Below, piece by piece: positions 11,426 to 23,561 of a stretch of 64,000 bases of DNA (positions are counted from its first letter, which is position 1; every line of letters starts with the position of its first letter). Position numbers and translations under genes: made by a program. This stretch comes from Guillardia theta CCMP2712 (taxonomy: Eukaryota; Protista; Cryptophyta), in the NCBI RefSeq assembly GCF_000315625.1, contig NW_005434670.1, positions 414,711-478,710 of the forward strand, in the 5' to 3' direction. The notes under the pieces are model-generated. The model made no database searches. It saw nothing but the letters and a program-made list of their open reading frames with translations, and was not told where the DNA came from.

Positions 11426-12076
11426 ATTCCTAGCACATAACTTGTTAGGAAACCCTAACATAATTTTCTCGGGGTCCTAGGGAGTGGATCTCCTAGGGCC
11501 TCATCCCTGCCTTCACCAGCGCTACTTGGCGGACTGGACATGGGAGGCCACAGGTCAGTACCCCTCCCTGCATATGTAAGATTTTTTCCCTCAATCTGGT
11601 GGGTCCTATAAATACTCGCCATTCCTCCATTCTCAGATGGATTTATCACCCCCACCCCACCTACCTCATCCATACCTACTACCCCGCTCTATTCACTACC
11701 CCTACCCCATCCACCTGCTCTTTTGCCCCCCCTTTCCGCGTCTTGAGCTGCTTCCCTCCCGTCCTTTTCTGCTCACCTTGTTTCACCGCATCTATCAGAA
11801 TCTCAACTCAACCCCTTCGTGTACTCCAATCCTCTCTCCTTACCATTCCTTATCACCATTCCTTTCGCCCTTCTGGCGTAATCTTCAAGGGACTCCCCCA
11901 TACGGATTTGGCGACAGATTTCTCTTCTGCATATCTGTCGTGCTTGAAACAATGTCAATTTGAAGTATGCGACATTGGCTTGAGTCGATTACACTGCATT
12001 CTGTTTTATTCTGACACCATCTCAATTCAATTCAATTTTTTTTTAATACCTTTCAGAATCCCTTAGCACTTGATTC

Positions 12077-13117
12077 ATGTCTTCATACACTATCTCTGTG
12101 CGTCCAGACAAGGAGGCAGGATATTCAGGCGTGGTTGCGCAACCGCTGAGATCAGTCTTGCCTCTTCCCTTGCCATTCGTGTCAAGTTTTGCGTGCTTGG
12201 ATAATTCACTTTTGCATTCTTTCAATCAAACGCTCTATGGAAGACCTCATACCGAGAGTAATCAAAATTATGTGCTGCCTAGTGGGAGTCGCTGTATCAC
12301 ATCTCTTGATTTGCCTTCCAATGGCATCAAGGTTATCAAGCCGCACTCCGAAATTGGTTTCAACGCTTTGCCACAGTCGTATCGCATTCATTTCGCCGGA
12401 AGCTCTGATTTCCATGAAGCAACTCAGAACTTAAAGATGATCAAGGATTCAAATCTCTTGTCAAATCAGAAGCATATCAAACAGGATGTAACGTGCATGA
12501 GGGGGAAGAGTCTTGAATCCCAAGACGAAGGGAGGGAGGCTGAGGATAGTAGCGATGCCTCCTCCAACAGTGACAAAAAACGCAAGTCGTGGAAGATAAT
12601 GCTCAGTGCAGAACAAGCTGTTGAAATCTACAAACAGTTGCCTGCAGACACTTTGCATGTTACCAGCAAGTCTGTAACCGTGGGAAAGCAGTTCGGTGTT
12701 AGTGCGAAGACAATCAGAGATATTTGGAAACGAGAGACTTGGGTCAAGGCAACACGGGAATTCTGGTCCGAAGAAGATGAAATTCGTTACAGAGAAAAAG
12801 AAAAGCAAGAGCAAGACACAGAGAAATGTCCTCCAGGAAGCGTTGCCTCACTTCTTGCAGATGACATGAAACGTACTCCGTCCCCCAACTCAATCTCATC
12901 TTCAAGAACACGCGGAAGACCGAAGGGTGTCAAAGACTCAAGACCAAGAAAGAGAAGATTCGTCGCAGACTCCTCAGATTGTGGTTCCGATAAGCCAAGG
13001 GGCCTTCCTACACAATGCCAGAAATTTCCGCATAGCTTCTCGAATATTGCGTCTCAGTATCTTCCAATCAAAAACTTTAATCAACCATACTTACAACTAA
13101 CCAAATGTAGGTCCTAA
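12077..13117 (+). CDS. HTH DNA-binding protein with AT-hook (putative transcription factor); may continue through further 3' exons to ~13500
   Basis: LSAEQAVEIYK...SVTVGKQFGVSAKTIRDIWKRETWVKAT (HTH), followed by TRGRPKG (AT-hook) and basic RPRKRR (NLS-like). Confidence 0.75.
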   Translation: MSSYTISVRPDKEAGYSGVVAQPLRSVLPLPLPFVSSFACLDNSLLHSFNQTLYGRPHTESNQNYVLPSGSRCITSLDLPSNGIKVIKPHSEIGFNALPQSYRIHFAGSSDFHEATQNLKMIKDSNLLSNQKHIKQDVTCMRGKSLESQDEGREAEDSSDASSNSDKKRKSWKIMLSAEQAVEIYKQLPADTLHVTSKSVTVGKQFGVSAKTIRDIWKRETWVKATREFWSEEDEIRYREKEKQEQDTEKCPPGSVASLLADDMKRTPSPNSISSSRTRGRPKGVKDSRPRKRRFVADSSDCGSDKPRGLPTQCQKFPHSFSNIASQYLPIKNFNQPYLQLTKCRS

Positions 13118-13791
13118 AAATTGATTACACTGAAAAAACAATTTTCGTTGGATAAACAAAGAGTTGTTCAAATACGTTTTCGGTCCTGTGGCAGCCAATT
13201 GTCCTGAATATGAAATGCTTTTATAATTTCATATCAGTATTCACCTTTGTTCTATGGTACGATTGACACTTTGCTGACACAAAAACTTGCAGGCAATCAG
13301 TATTTTTCAGGAGAGCAGCAAACTAATGAGAGTCCCGCTCCCTTTCTCTACTTTCCTCCGATCCAAACCCCAAGCGCTCATGGTTGCCCTCGCTCATTCA
13401 CTTCTTTTTCACATTCTTCTTCCTTTGTCTTTCAATCAGGATAGGATACAGAGATAATCAGATGGAGGGAAACAGCACAGATACAGGAGGTCATCAGTCC
13501 TGGCACTTGCTAGGACTTTCTTTGTGACACATCAAGCCAATGCCGGTGTCGAAAGTAAATCCGTGAGAAAGCACAAGCGTCTATCAAAGGACTGTGGAGA
13601 ACGCGAATATGAAAGATGCCAGAGCAGTCTTTCAAACCTCTTAATGAGAAGGAGTGCCAAATCTTTATGAAAATAGTACTATACTCTGCACAAAAGTAAT
13701 CTCGACCACCGACCACGTAACAATGAATTGCACGATATCCAGAAGAGTTTACCTTCATAGCATGAGAGAGCAAATACCAAACTTCACGATC

Positions 13792-14359
13792 TTACCGGTT
13801 GCGGGAGTAAAAGTAGTCCCACTGGTCACGAGCACGACGCCAGTCATCGTAGGCGGCCCAGTTGTTAGCCTGATAGTAAGTGTCCTCTGCCTTCTTGTAA
13901 TAGAAGCGAGCTGTCTTCTGATAATCACCCGCCTGGGTATACAGGGCTGCTGCCTTCTTTCCGTAAAGTGCCTGGAACTGTGCACATTTCTTGTCAGCTA
14001 ATTTGAAAGCGAAATCAAAGCTTTTGCGTTGGATACGCTACAAACCAAACGAGGTGACAAGAATAGACTACCAACACCAAAACTTATTGATACAAACACT
14101 AAAACAACATTTCGATCAGATAACATCAATCGAGTCATGACGAATCCAAACGCCGGACAGATGAACGTCTGTTTTAGTTACAACCTAAATGTTGCAAATG
14201 ACGACATGCAAATAAAAAAAGTGAAAACAATCCAGATGCAGTATGACTCGAGGGTAAAATCCTCTGTACGTGATAACATCAATCTCTGATGGCACAGACA
14301 CCATCGACTGCTTTTTCGCTTTCCTCTTCATCAACTGCATTTGCATGCCAGCTTACCAT
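13792..14359 (-). CDS. 62-aa Tyr/Trp/Ala-rich microprotein; coding exon 1 = ATG only (14357-14359), exon 2 = 13792-13977
   Basis: GCG-ATG|GTAAGC donor, CTGAC branch point and CAG acceptor at 13980-13978. Spliced product is MFQALYGKKAAALYTQAGDYQKTARFYYKKAEDTYYQANNWAAYDDWRRARDQWDYFYSRNR*. Confidence 0.65.
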
Positions 14360-14833
14360 CGCTCTTGGCTTCCGCGTTCTATTTTGGGTGAAACCTCATC
14401 TAGGCACGGGTCCTAGGACCTCAAGGCTCTCTCATAATAATTCCAGTATGACCGGGCTAGGACCACCCTAGCCTACTTCCTACTGGCCGTCGGCCGGGCC
14501 GGCACCGGAAGGGCCGGGCCCTAGAGGCTGGTGGCCCTTTGACTATCGGACCCTCGCCCGTGAAGTCAGTGAGCCCCCCTCGTGTCCCTCGCTCACCGTA
14601 GCGGCAGTTTCTTGTCCGCCCCCTTCCCTTACCGCCCATAGGCTGACTTACTGCCCTGTACCCGCTCGGACCCACTTCTCTGAGCTCTAGACCTCTCTCC
14701 TCTCCTCTCCTCTCCTCTCACTCGGCAACCCTCCTCTCCTTTCTCTTCTCTCTGAGTCTCTATCTCTCTCTCTTTCTTCCCTGCCTCTGTAAGGTGTCCG
14801 TTGTCAGTCTGACATCTCGTCGCCTACAAGAGC

Positions 14834-17003
14834 ATGCGGCTGCTCTTCATCAGCAGCAACGTGGGAGGCCTCTACCCCTCCGAGCTTCTTCCTTCTTGCT
14901 TTAGTCTGCCGACCTCGCCTCGCAGTAAGAGGAACATGGAGACGTGGGTTGACGCCATCGTGGGATGCTTGAAGCACGAGCTGCCCGACATGATCTACCT
15001 TAACATGCAGGAGATGGGAGGAAAGCACAAGGAAAACGTCGCCGTGCTCTCCCGCCCCGACAACATGCTATCACAAATTCTGGATCTGCTTTGCAGCAGG
15101 TTGACAGCAAGGTACTTGTCCGAGAGGAAGCGCTTGTGGGCATCGCGGCTTGTGTTCTGTACTGGAAGGCCTTGCTCCGACGAGTCACGGTTGCTTCTCT
15201 TGAGAAAGATGAGGCAACAGCTGAATGTCGTTCGTGCAGGAGAGAGGAGGTTGAGATGAGGCAGAGCAGTGACGTGAAGGAGCAGGAGCTTGAGAGCTTC
15301 ACAGGGCTCGCTTGCATCTTCTTTGCCGATGAGGATCTGCTCGATGCCGGGGTGATCAGGTCGATCAACTTGAAGACCGGGGAGGAGGAGGTTGGGGTCT
15401 CCTGCTCTTTCGCTTCCTGATTCAACTGCAGGATCCCCGGCATGCACTTGAAGCTCACGACCCCCAGCTCTGCATGTTCACGTTTCTGCCTCCTGCTTGC
15501 CAGCACGAGAAGACGCACGAGTGAGAGCCTCTCCTGCTCCTCCCTCACTCAGCGTGTGCGACAGGAGCAGTCGGAAAGGGTTTCTGCTGAGTCGCTGGAG
15601 GCTCGGGGAGGTGATGAAGAGGGCTGGCCCGTCGCAACTAATGGCTGCCGAAAGCTCTCGCTGCTAGATGTGGCCAACGTTCACCTCCTGCACGACAGCA
15701 ACAACCTTGAAAGTGCTGCCTCGTCTCCGTCGCGAGCTGCGAGGTGAACGTGAGAAAGATAGGACAGAGCGAAGCGAGGAGGACATGTCTGGAAGCGAAG
15801 TCAGTGTGAGATGGGAGGAGGGGGAAGAAGAGGACAGGAGCACAGACGAGCGCAGCAGGATGTCAGCTGCGCAGGACTTGGGATTCATGCTGACATGAGT
15901 TGTCACAGGGAGAGAAACGCGATGCTCCATCACATAGTCAAGTCAGCAAACGTGTCAGACAGCTCGTCCTTCATTGCCTGGTGCGAGGAGGAGAGGAGGA
16001 GAGGAGGAGGGGTGTAGCAGGAGTAGGAGTAGGAGCGGGAGGAGATCAGGAGAGGCAGGGTGAAAAGCAATATCCTGAGTCATCCTTAGTGGCGACTTCA
16101 ACTTTCGTCTTGATCTTCATGCTCTCTGTCAAGATTTCCCACAGAGAGTCAAGGTACGTCAAAACTGCCACCCTCACGCCCCACCTCTCCCTGTTCCTAC
16201 CAGAGTCTACCTCCCTCCCTGGTCGCCCTTCAACGCCCTGGCAGGTGATGAGCAAGGATAGGGTCTGGCATGATTTTCATTCTGACGAGATATCAAACGA
16301 CTTGCGCGCCTACGACAGGTTCTTCTCCTCTCCTCTCCTCTCCTCTCCTCTCCTCACTTTTACTCCCTTTCCTCCTTCGCCTGCCCCTACTTTGCCTCTG
16401 GTCGCTTCTGATTGTTGCTGCTCTGAATCTCATCAGGGAGCTGAAGGCGTTCAACTCTTTTTTCCCCTCCCCCCTCCTCTTCGAGTTCGCCTTCCCTCCA
16501 GACCAGGCCTCTCATTGGCCTCCATCCTACATGCTCGACTCCTCTGGTTCACTTTCACAAGAGCCGAGCAGGCATGATCGTGGAGGAGGAGCAGGAGGGG
16601 GAGGACGAAGAAGAGGACGAGGAAGGAGGAGGAGTAGGAGGAGGAGGAGGAGGAGGAGGAGGAGGGAGATCTTAAGTGGGCTCGCAGGCTCAGCTATCAT
16701 GACAAACGATTTCCTGCCTGGTGTGATCGCATCCTTGCAACCGAAAAATTGTGGAAGCAGCTGGGGATCAGGTTGCCCCCCTCCCCCGCCTCCTTCACCT
16801 TCCCGCCTGTTGGCTGCGCGTTATGTGCCCCTCCTCTGACTTTCAGTAGGGACGTTGGCGCGCACTCCTGGGCCTCCTCTATCTCCTACACCCTGGTGAC
16901 CTCCAGCCACTCGTCTCCTCTTCCTCATCTCTCGCAGGCGACTCGGTCGGGCTCGGACCATGGCATCGTGTCGCTCTCAGCGGATTTAACTGTAGAACTC
17001 TAG
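14834..17003 (+). CDS. Type I inositol-1,4,5-trisphosphate 5-phosphatase-like (INPP5A family), multi-exon
   Basis: Motifs in order: LLFISSNVGGL, LNMQEMGGK, FTGLACIFF, DVANVHLLHDSNNL, GDFNFRLD, PPSY, PAWCDRIL, SDHGIV. Confidence 0.85.
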
Positions 17004-17134
17004 TGGAAGACAAGCAAAGAAGGTGGGGGTGGAGGAGAGGAAGGAGGAGGGGAGGGATGTAGAAGGAAGGGGAGAGCTGAGAGGCTTGAGGGACCTTTGA
17101 GATATTTACAGTGAAACGAAAACTTACAAAACGG

Positions 17135-20100
17135 TCATGAGAACAAGAAGTTGGCAGCCGAGCTGAACAAACCGCTCTTTGCTTTGCTCTGCTCAACGTC
17201 AGCTGGACTCTCGCTCGAGTGAACTTCACCTGAGCATTTGCTATGCGTTCGCGGTCAGACGAGGAGAAGGCGAGCAGGTCGGCAAGGACAGGGATCAGCG
17301 CTTCGTGCTCCTGCGGTCCCACCTGAAAGAAGTCAGCAGGAGATGCAAGAGGAAGAGAGAGCCGTACTCCCAGCTGCGGGGAAGAGAGGATGAAGCGGAC
17401 GATGACTTCTTTGAGGTACTCCTGGGGCACAGACTGCCGCTTGAGCTCCTGCATGACCAATACAGTGAGTGAGAGACTAAGAGGAGGAGGAGGAGGAGAT
17501 GCCTGCGAGAGCAGCGCGACCTCTTGCTTCAGAATGTCAACCTGCAGCGTGTGGGTCACGCAAGGAGGAGGAGAGGAGGAGGAGGAGGGCGATCTGCATG
17601 GAAGAGAGGGGATTAGGGAGTGATGCACGTTGTACCTGCAGCTTGTACTTGCTCTCGATCTCCTCCATCTCTCGGAAAAGTTCCGCATTCTGCCTCTCCA
17701 ACATGGATTCCTTTTGCTTGCTCGCAGCTGGAGAGCCATTCTCCCCCCCACCCCAACCACTCCCAGTCCTCGATAGCGCGGCTCTGAGTTTGCTCCGAAG
17801 CTCGGCGATCTGCTCGTCCTTATCTTGCAGCATTGCCCTACACCACAGTCAGCCCATCCCTCCGCCTCCTCCTCTCACCTCGCGCGTCGTCGGTAATCAT
17901 CCAAGTTCGTCTCCTTCTCCTCCAACGAGTCCGTCGACGAGACGAGCTGCAAGTCGGAGGAGGAGGCTCCTTCCCGCCCTTCCACCGTTGCCTCATCCTC
18001 TGCCTTCTCCTTCTCCCTCGTCGCATCCGTCGGCTCGCTCGCAGTGCTGAGGGTGGCTGTGCGCATGAGGTCTTCCAATGCCTCGAGCTCGCTCATGCTA
18101 CCCGACGATCGTTGCAGGGCCGTCGCCTCGATCATGAGCCTCTTCTCCAGCTCCTCCACTCGCTCCTTCAGCTGCTCGTTCACTTCCTTGGTCTTCTTGT
18201 GGTCCCCGACGGCTCGCGCACAGGCTGTCTTGAGCGTCTCGTGACTCTCCTTGAGCTTCTTGTACTTGTCCGACTTCTCCTCCATCCTCTGCTGCAGCGC
18301 CTCTAGCTCAGCCTGCAGTCCGCCATCCTGCTCCTTCTGCCTCATGTCTAGCTTCTCCAGCAGTGTCGCCACCTCAGCTCGAGAGGCTTCATTCTCACTC
18401 AAGCTCTTGTCCAGTTGCTGACGAACAGCCTCTAGCTCCTCGCCCACCAGCTTGACCTTCTCCTCCAGCTTCTCGTTGCTCTCACTTAGTTCCTTCACCT
18501 GTTCCTTCAGCTTCTGCTCCATCTCCTCCGACGCCCCCAGCTGCGATTTGAGATGGTCCGTCATCTTCTGGGCCTCCTGCCGCACCTTCGCCATCGACTT
18601 CTTGTTGTCCTCCAGCTCTTGCTCAGCTTCCTTCGTTTTCTCCAGCTGCTCTTTCAGCTGAACCCGCAGGGACGTGCAGTCATAGTCCCACTTCCCCCTC
18701 TCCTTGTCGAATGTCACCTGAAGCTTCCGGTACTCTGCCATCATCTCCTCAACCTCGCTCTGGCTCAAGCTCGCAGGAGGTGCGGCCACACCTCCCTCCT
18801 CTACCTCTGCCGCTTTCTCCTGACCATTTGCCATGCTCCCTTCGACTTCCTCCTTGTCCTCCACCTTCTCGTCCTCCAACTTCATGTCCTCCTTTGCCTG
18901 CTCTGCGTCAACATCCACGGCGCTCGCGTCTCCCTCTTTCTCCTTGGCTCTGCTCATCTCCTCCTTCAAGCGCGTGTTCTCCTCGCGCAGCACCTCGTTC
19001 TCGCCTTGCATCGCCTCCTGACTCTCCTTGTATCTCTGCACCGTCTTTTTGTACTCGGCCTTGTACCTCTCCATTCGGTTCTTCTCATCCGCCAGCTCCT
19101 CCATCAGCTGTTTGCATTCCTCCTGCAACTTCTGCATCCCCTCTCCATCTCCTGCTGTCGTTTCGTGCGAGTCTTGGACGGCAGTGAGCTCCTTCCGAGC
19201 CAGGTCTCGCTCCTGCTCCAGCACGGCCTTGAGAGAGTTCAGCTCTGCAACCTGGTTGATCAGATAGGCTCTCTCAGCCGACATCCTCTCTTCCTTCTCG
19301 ATCATCTCAGCCTTTTCCTTTGCTTCTCTTTCTCTCTCCACCTCGACTGTCTTCTTGGCCTGCGAACGAACGCGATCGAGCTGAGTTTTCAGGTCCTTGT
19401 TCTCCTGCCAGAGGGCTTGCAGCTCAGACTTCATGTCCACCCTCATTGTCTCCGCGTCATTTCCCGTCTCACTCCCCTGCTCACTCATGTCATGCTGCTC
19501 CTCTATGACCGAAGCAGATGAAGTGCCTCGAGCAGATTCGTCCTGCTCCTGCTCCTCCTGCTCCCGCTGCTGCCCCTGCCCCTGCTCCTGCTCCTGCTCC
19601 CCTGGCTCGCCCGACGTGCCCGTATCGTTGGCCTGCTCCGTGCTCCCTGTCTTAGCCTCCTCAGCCTTCCTGGCTTTCTCCTTCCATCCCTCCAGATCTG
19701 CCGTCAGCGTCTGAATCTTCGACTCCGCTTCTCTCCCTTCAGCCTCGACCGCGAGCAGCTTCTCCGTCAGCTGCTCGATCTCCGTCTTCAGCTTCAGCTC
19801 CTTGTCCTCCATGCTCGCCTTGGTCTTCGCCTCCCTTTCCTTGGCCGTCTCAATCGTCTCCTTCGCCTTCGCCTTGATCGACTCCAGCTGCTCCTTGGCT
19901 CTCATCGCCTCCTGCATGCTTGAGGCCAGCTGTTCTTCCGCTACCCGCTTCTCTGCTTCTAGTTTCTCTACGGCTGATGCCTGCTCCTCCATGCTTGCCT
20001 GCAGCGTCTCGACCTGCCTCTCAAGCTCCTCGATCCTCGCCCGCATGGTCTCCGTCACAGCAGCATGCTCCATCTGCTGGCCCGAGCTCTGCTCTTGTAG

Positions 20101-22131
20101 GCTTCTCAGCTCCTGCTCTACTTCTCCCCTCTGACAGTCTGACTCTTTCAGGGCCTGCAAGAGCTTTTCCATCTCCGCTCTCAGGGTCTCCTCGCCAAAG
20201 TGACTTCCCGTCCTCCTTCCATTCTCTTTGTCCTGTTCCCCTTGCTCGCCCGACATTCCCGTATCGTTGGCCTGCTCCACACCCTCTAACTTTGCCTCCT
20301 CAACTCTCCTGGAATTCACCTTCACGCGCTCAAGATCTTCCAGCAACTCGGCAGCAGATGCTTGAGACTGATGTAGCAAGGCATCGATTATCGAGCAGAC
20401 CTGTTCTATGTTCTCAAATATGCCCATCTCCTGGTTTGAAGAGTAAACATTTTGAAGACTGTCAGACTGGACTTCAGAAGAATTCGAAGTCTTGAAATCC
20501 TCCAGCTTCTCTACGGCTGATGCCTGCTCCTCCGTGCTTGCCTGCAGCGTCTCGACCTGCCTCTCAAGCTCCTCGATCCTCGCCCGCATGGTCTCCGTCA
20601 CAGCAGCATGCTCCATCTGCTGGCCCGAGCTCTGCTCTTGTAGGCTTCTCAGCTCCTGCTCTACTTCTCCCCTCTGACAGTCTGACTCTTTCAGGGCCTG
20701 CAAGAGCTTTTCCATCTCCGCTCTCAGGGTCTCCTCGCCAAAGTGACTTCCCGTCCTCCTTTCATCCTCATGCTCCCGCTGCTGCCCCTGCCCCTGCTCC
20801 TGCTCCTGCTCCCCTGGCTCGCCCGACGTGCCCGTATCGTTGGCCTGCTCCGTGCTCCCTGTCTTAGCCTCCTCAGCCTTCCTGGCTTTCTCCTTCCATC
20901 CCTCCAGATCTGCCGTCAGCGTCTGAATCTTCGACTCCGCTTCTCTCCCTTCAGCCTCGACCGCGAGCAGCTTCTCCGTCAGCTGCTCGATCTCCGTCTT
21001 CAGCTTCAGCTCCTTGTCCTCCATGCTCGCCTTGGTCTTCGCCTCCCTTTCCTTGGCCGTCTCGATCGTCTCCTTCGCCTTCGCCTTGATCGACTCCAGC
21101 TGCTCCTTGGCTCTCATCGCCTCCTGCATGCTTGAGGCCAGCTGTTCTTCCGCTACCCGCTTCTCTGCTTCTAGTTTCTCTACGGCTGATGCCTGCTCCT
21201 CCGTGCTTGCCTGCAGCGTCTCGACCTGCCTCTCAAGCTCCTCGATCCTCGCCCGCATGGTCTCCGTCACAGCAGCATGCTCCATCTGCTGGCCCGAGCT
21301 CTGCTCTTGTAGGCTTCTCAGCTCCTGCTCCATGTCATCTCTTTCTTTCTGAATTTGAACCAGTGACGTTTGTGAATCTTGAAGCTCATTTTTCAATTTT
21401 TCTTGTTGATTTCCATGTGCAAGAATGATTTCTTGAATCTCCAAACGAAGTTGCTCACTGGTAGCAGCGAGGGTCTCACAGTGGGTGCAGGATGTTGGTT
21501 CTGAGCTTGTTTGACATGCAGCTGCTGCCATCTCCTCTTCAAGGTTTTGTATCTTTAGCTTCAGTTCTTGTACAAGGTCCTCCTGACTCGCCAGCGTCAT
21601 CTGCAACTCCTTATTCCTTTCTGTCATCTGCTCTACAACCCGCTTGGCCTGCTTCTTCACTTTGGAGCTTTCTTCCTCGCAAGACTCAAGCGAGGCCTTG
21701 AGGCTTGCAACCTCCTCCCTCAAGGCATCTGTTTCTAAGTTTAAGCTTGCATGCCGTTTCAATCCCTCCATCTCATTGCGAAGCGATTCCAACTCGTCCT
21801 GGGCGATCCGGAGAGCATCAGTAGCATCTTGCTCCTTCTTGCGCAGCACCGCGACATACTTCTTGGCATCTTCTTGCACTTTAGCGAGTTGGATCTCTTT
21901 CGATTCAACGTCTGCCCGCAGATTCACTTCTATTTCCTGCAACCTCTTGATTTCATCATCCTGCCCACCGCTCAGCTCTTCTTTCAACCGATCGATCTCT
22001 TCTTGATGCTGAGCCTTCAGCCTCTCAAGAAACGACTTGGCTTGCTGCTTGATAGAATTTATCGTGTTGTCTCTATCTTCGAGCAGCTTGACAAGCTCTT
22101 CTGTGCTCCTTTGATTATAATCTTCTGCCAT
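17135..22131 (-). CDS. GRIP-domain golgin (giant coiled coil, >1500 aa)
   Basis: 1418-aa E/K/Q-rich coiled-coil ORF, then spliced C-terminal exons EYLKEVIVRFIL...EHEALIPVLADLLAFSSSDRERI (GRIP), ending SGLFSSAANFLFS*. Confidence 0.85.
19559..21330. repeat. Near-identical intragenic duplications within the golgin exon
   Basis: 19559-20118 matches 20771-21330 (offset 1212). 19964-20218 matches 20507-20761 (offset 543). Confidence 0.95.
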
Positions 22132-22611
22132 GTCGTGAAGCTCTTTCCAATTGCCTCTGGTCCACGACCCCTACACACGTTCTGTCGAATATGATCGTTT
22201 ACCCGACAAGAACGTCACGTGAGAGGAGAATATGAGCACATAAGCTCGACATCGTCTGCCGTATACTTCCGATCACTCTCTCCGCTACCCAAACCACTCA
22301 CTGGTCTTGTTCCCAGCCCCCAGTAAAAATATTTCCTTGAGTTCAGTCCTTGCTGGTGATCAGTGCCGACAGGATGATGTGATCTCCTCTTCTTGCTCTC
22401 CTCTCCTCTCTTCCTCTTCTTGCTCCTCTCACATCCCTCTCCTTCATCCCTCTCCCTCTCCTTCTCCTCGCCACCTCCTTCCCGCCATGAACACCGCAGA
22501 AGACGTGGAATGGCTCCACATCCCCCCTCATACCCCAAAAAAACCTCATCCCTGACCTCATCCCCTCTCAACCCGGTTGTCTGATCGCTGCCATCTGGCT
22601 GCCATGCTGTG

Positions 22612-23536
22612 ATGGGGCGCATAGCTGTGGTGGGATGGCTGCTGGCGCTCGTGCTGGCATGTGTAGGGGGGGACGATGGAGGAGGAGCAGAGCCGATGCG
22701 TATGAATGTGTGGAAGGGAGACATGATGATGCTGGGCACGCCAGAGGCGCTAGATCGCAACCCTGGCGACGTGTTTCTCCATCCTTTCGGGCACGGAGCC
22801 TTCAACAGGTTAGCTGAGCTGCAGCAGGGCAGGGCTGAAGACGATTCAGGACATTTGTTCTCGACGATGCTCTGCTGCATGCCGAGAAAACGGTCGAGTC
22901 TTGTCTCCTTGGTCTGGCCTGCGAGCAATGGGGTCTGATGCGATGACATGTGCCTTCCGCTTACATGCGCTCTTCAGGGCAGGATTACTCTCCAGGAAGA
23001 TATCTAGCAGCGCCCTCGGAGACTCGAATGAAAGTTTGGCGAGCAGCTGCATGGAGCCATGCTCTCAAGCAAGCGCGAGGGTGGAAGGAAGACAGGATCA
23101 TCTTCGACTACCTGCTGGAGTGAGCTTCTCGCCGCTTGAGGAGGGGGGCAGTGACGCAGTGAGATCCTGCAGGTCGCCTGCATTTCTGCAAGAGATGCAG
23201 AGGAGAAGAGAGACTCAAAGCAACCTCTTGGCTCAGACTCTGCCTCCCGTACCTCCAGGCTTGTTCGCTGAGTCCGGCGAGTCACGCGAGGTCATCGAGG
23301 CAGCAGGGAACGAATCGCTGGCAGGGGAACGGAGGGAAAGGCTGTTGCAGTATGGCTTTGGCACAGATGTGCGATTCGTCAAGTTCTCCGAGGGCTTGTA
23401 CATTAACGTGACTGGCTTTCACTGGTATGACTGCCGTGTTCCAAGAAACCGAAACAAGAAGCCGCTCCCTCAACCACCGCCGGAACTTGTGTTACGGTCC
23501 AGCAAAAAGGGACAAGAGTCAGGCGCAGAGAGGTGA
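22612..23536 (+). CDS. Hypothetical secreted protein (signal peptide)
   Basis: MGRIAVVGWLLALVLACVGG signal peptide. One intron at ~22892-22982 links to the 22901-23536 ORF. Confidence 0.5.
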
Positions 23537-23561
23537 AGGGGTTGATAGTATAGAAAGTGTT

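Noticed and set aside
11440-11505. Two short hairpins (tgttagg-aaac-cctaaca; cctagggag...ctcctagg)
   Set aside because: No match to snRNA or tRNA motifs I can recognise; too short to call an ncRNA.
18044-22194. Many plus-strand Ser/Leu/Cys-rich ORFs
   Set aside because: Antisense shadows of the E/K/Q-rich golgin exon.
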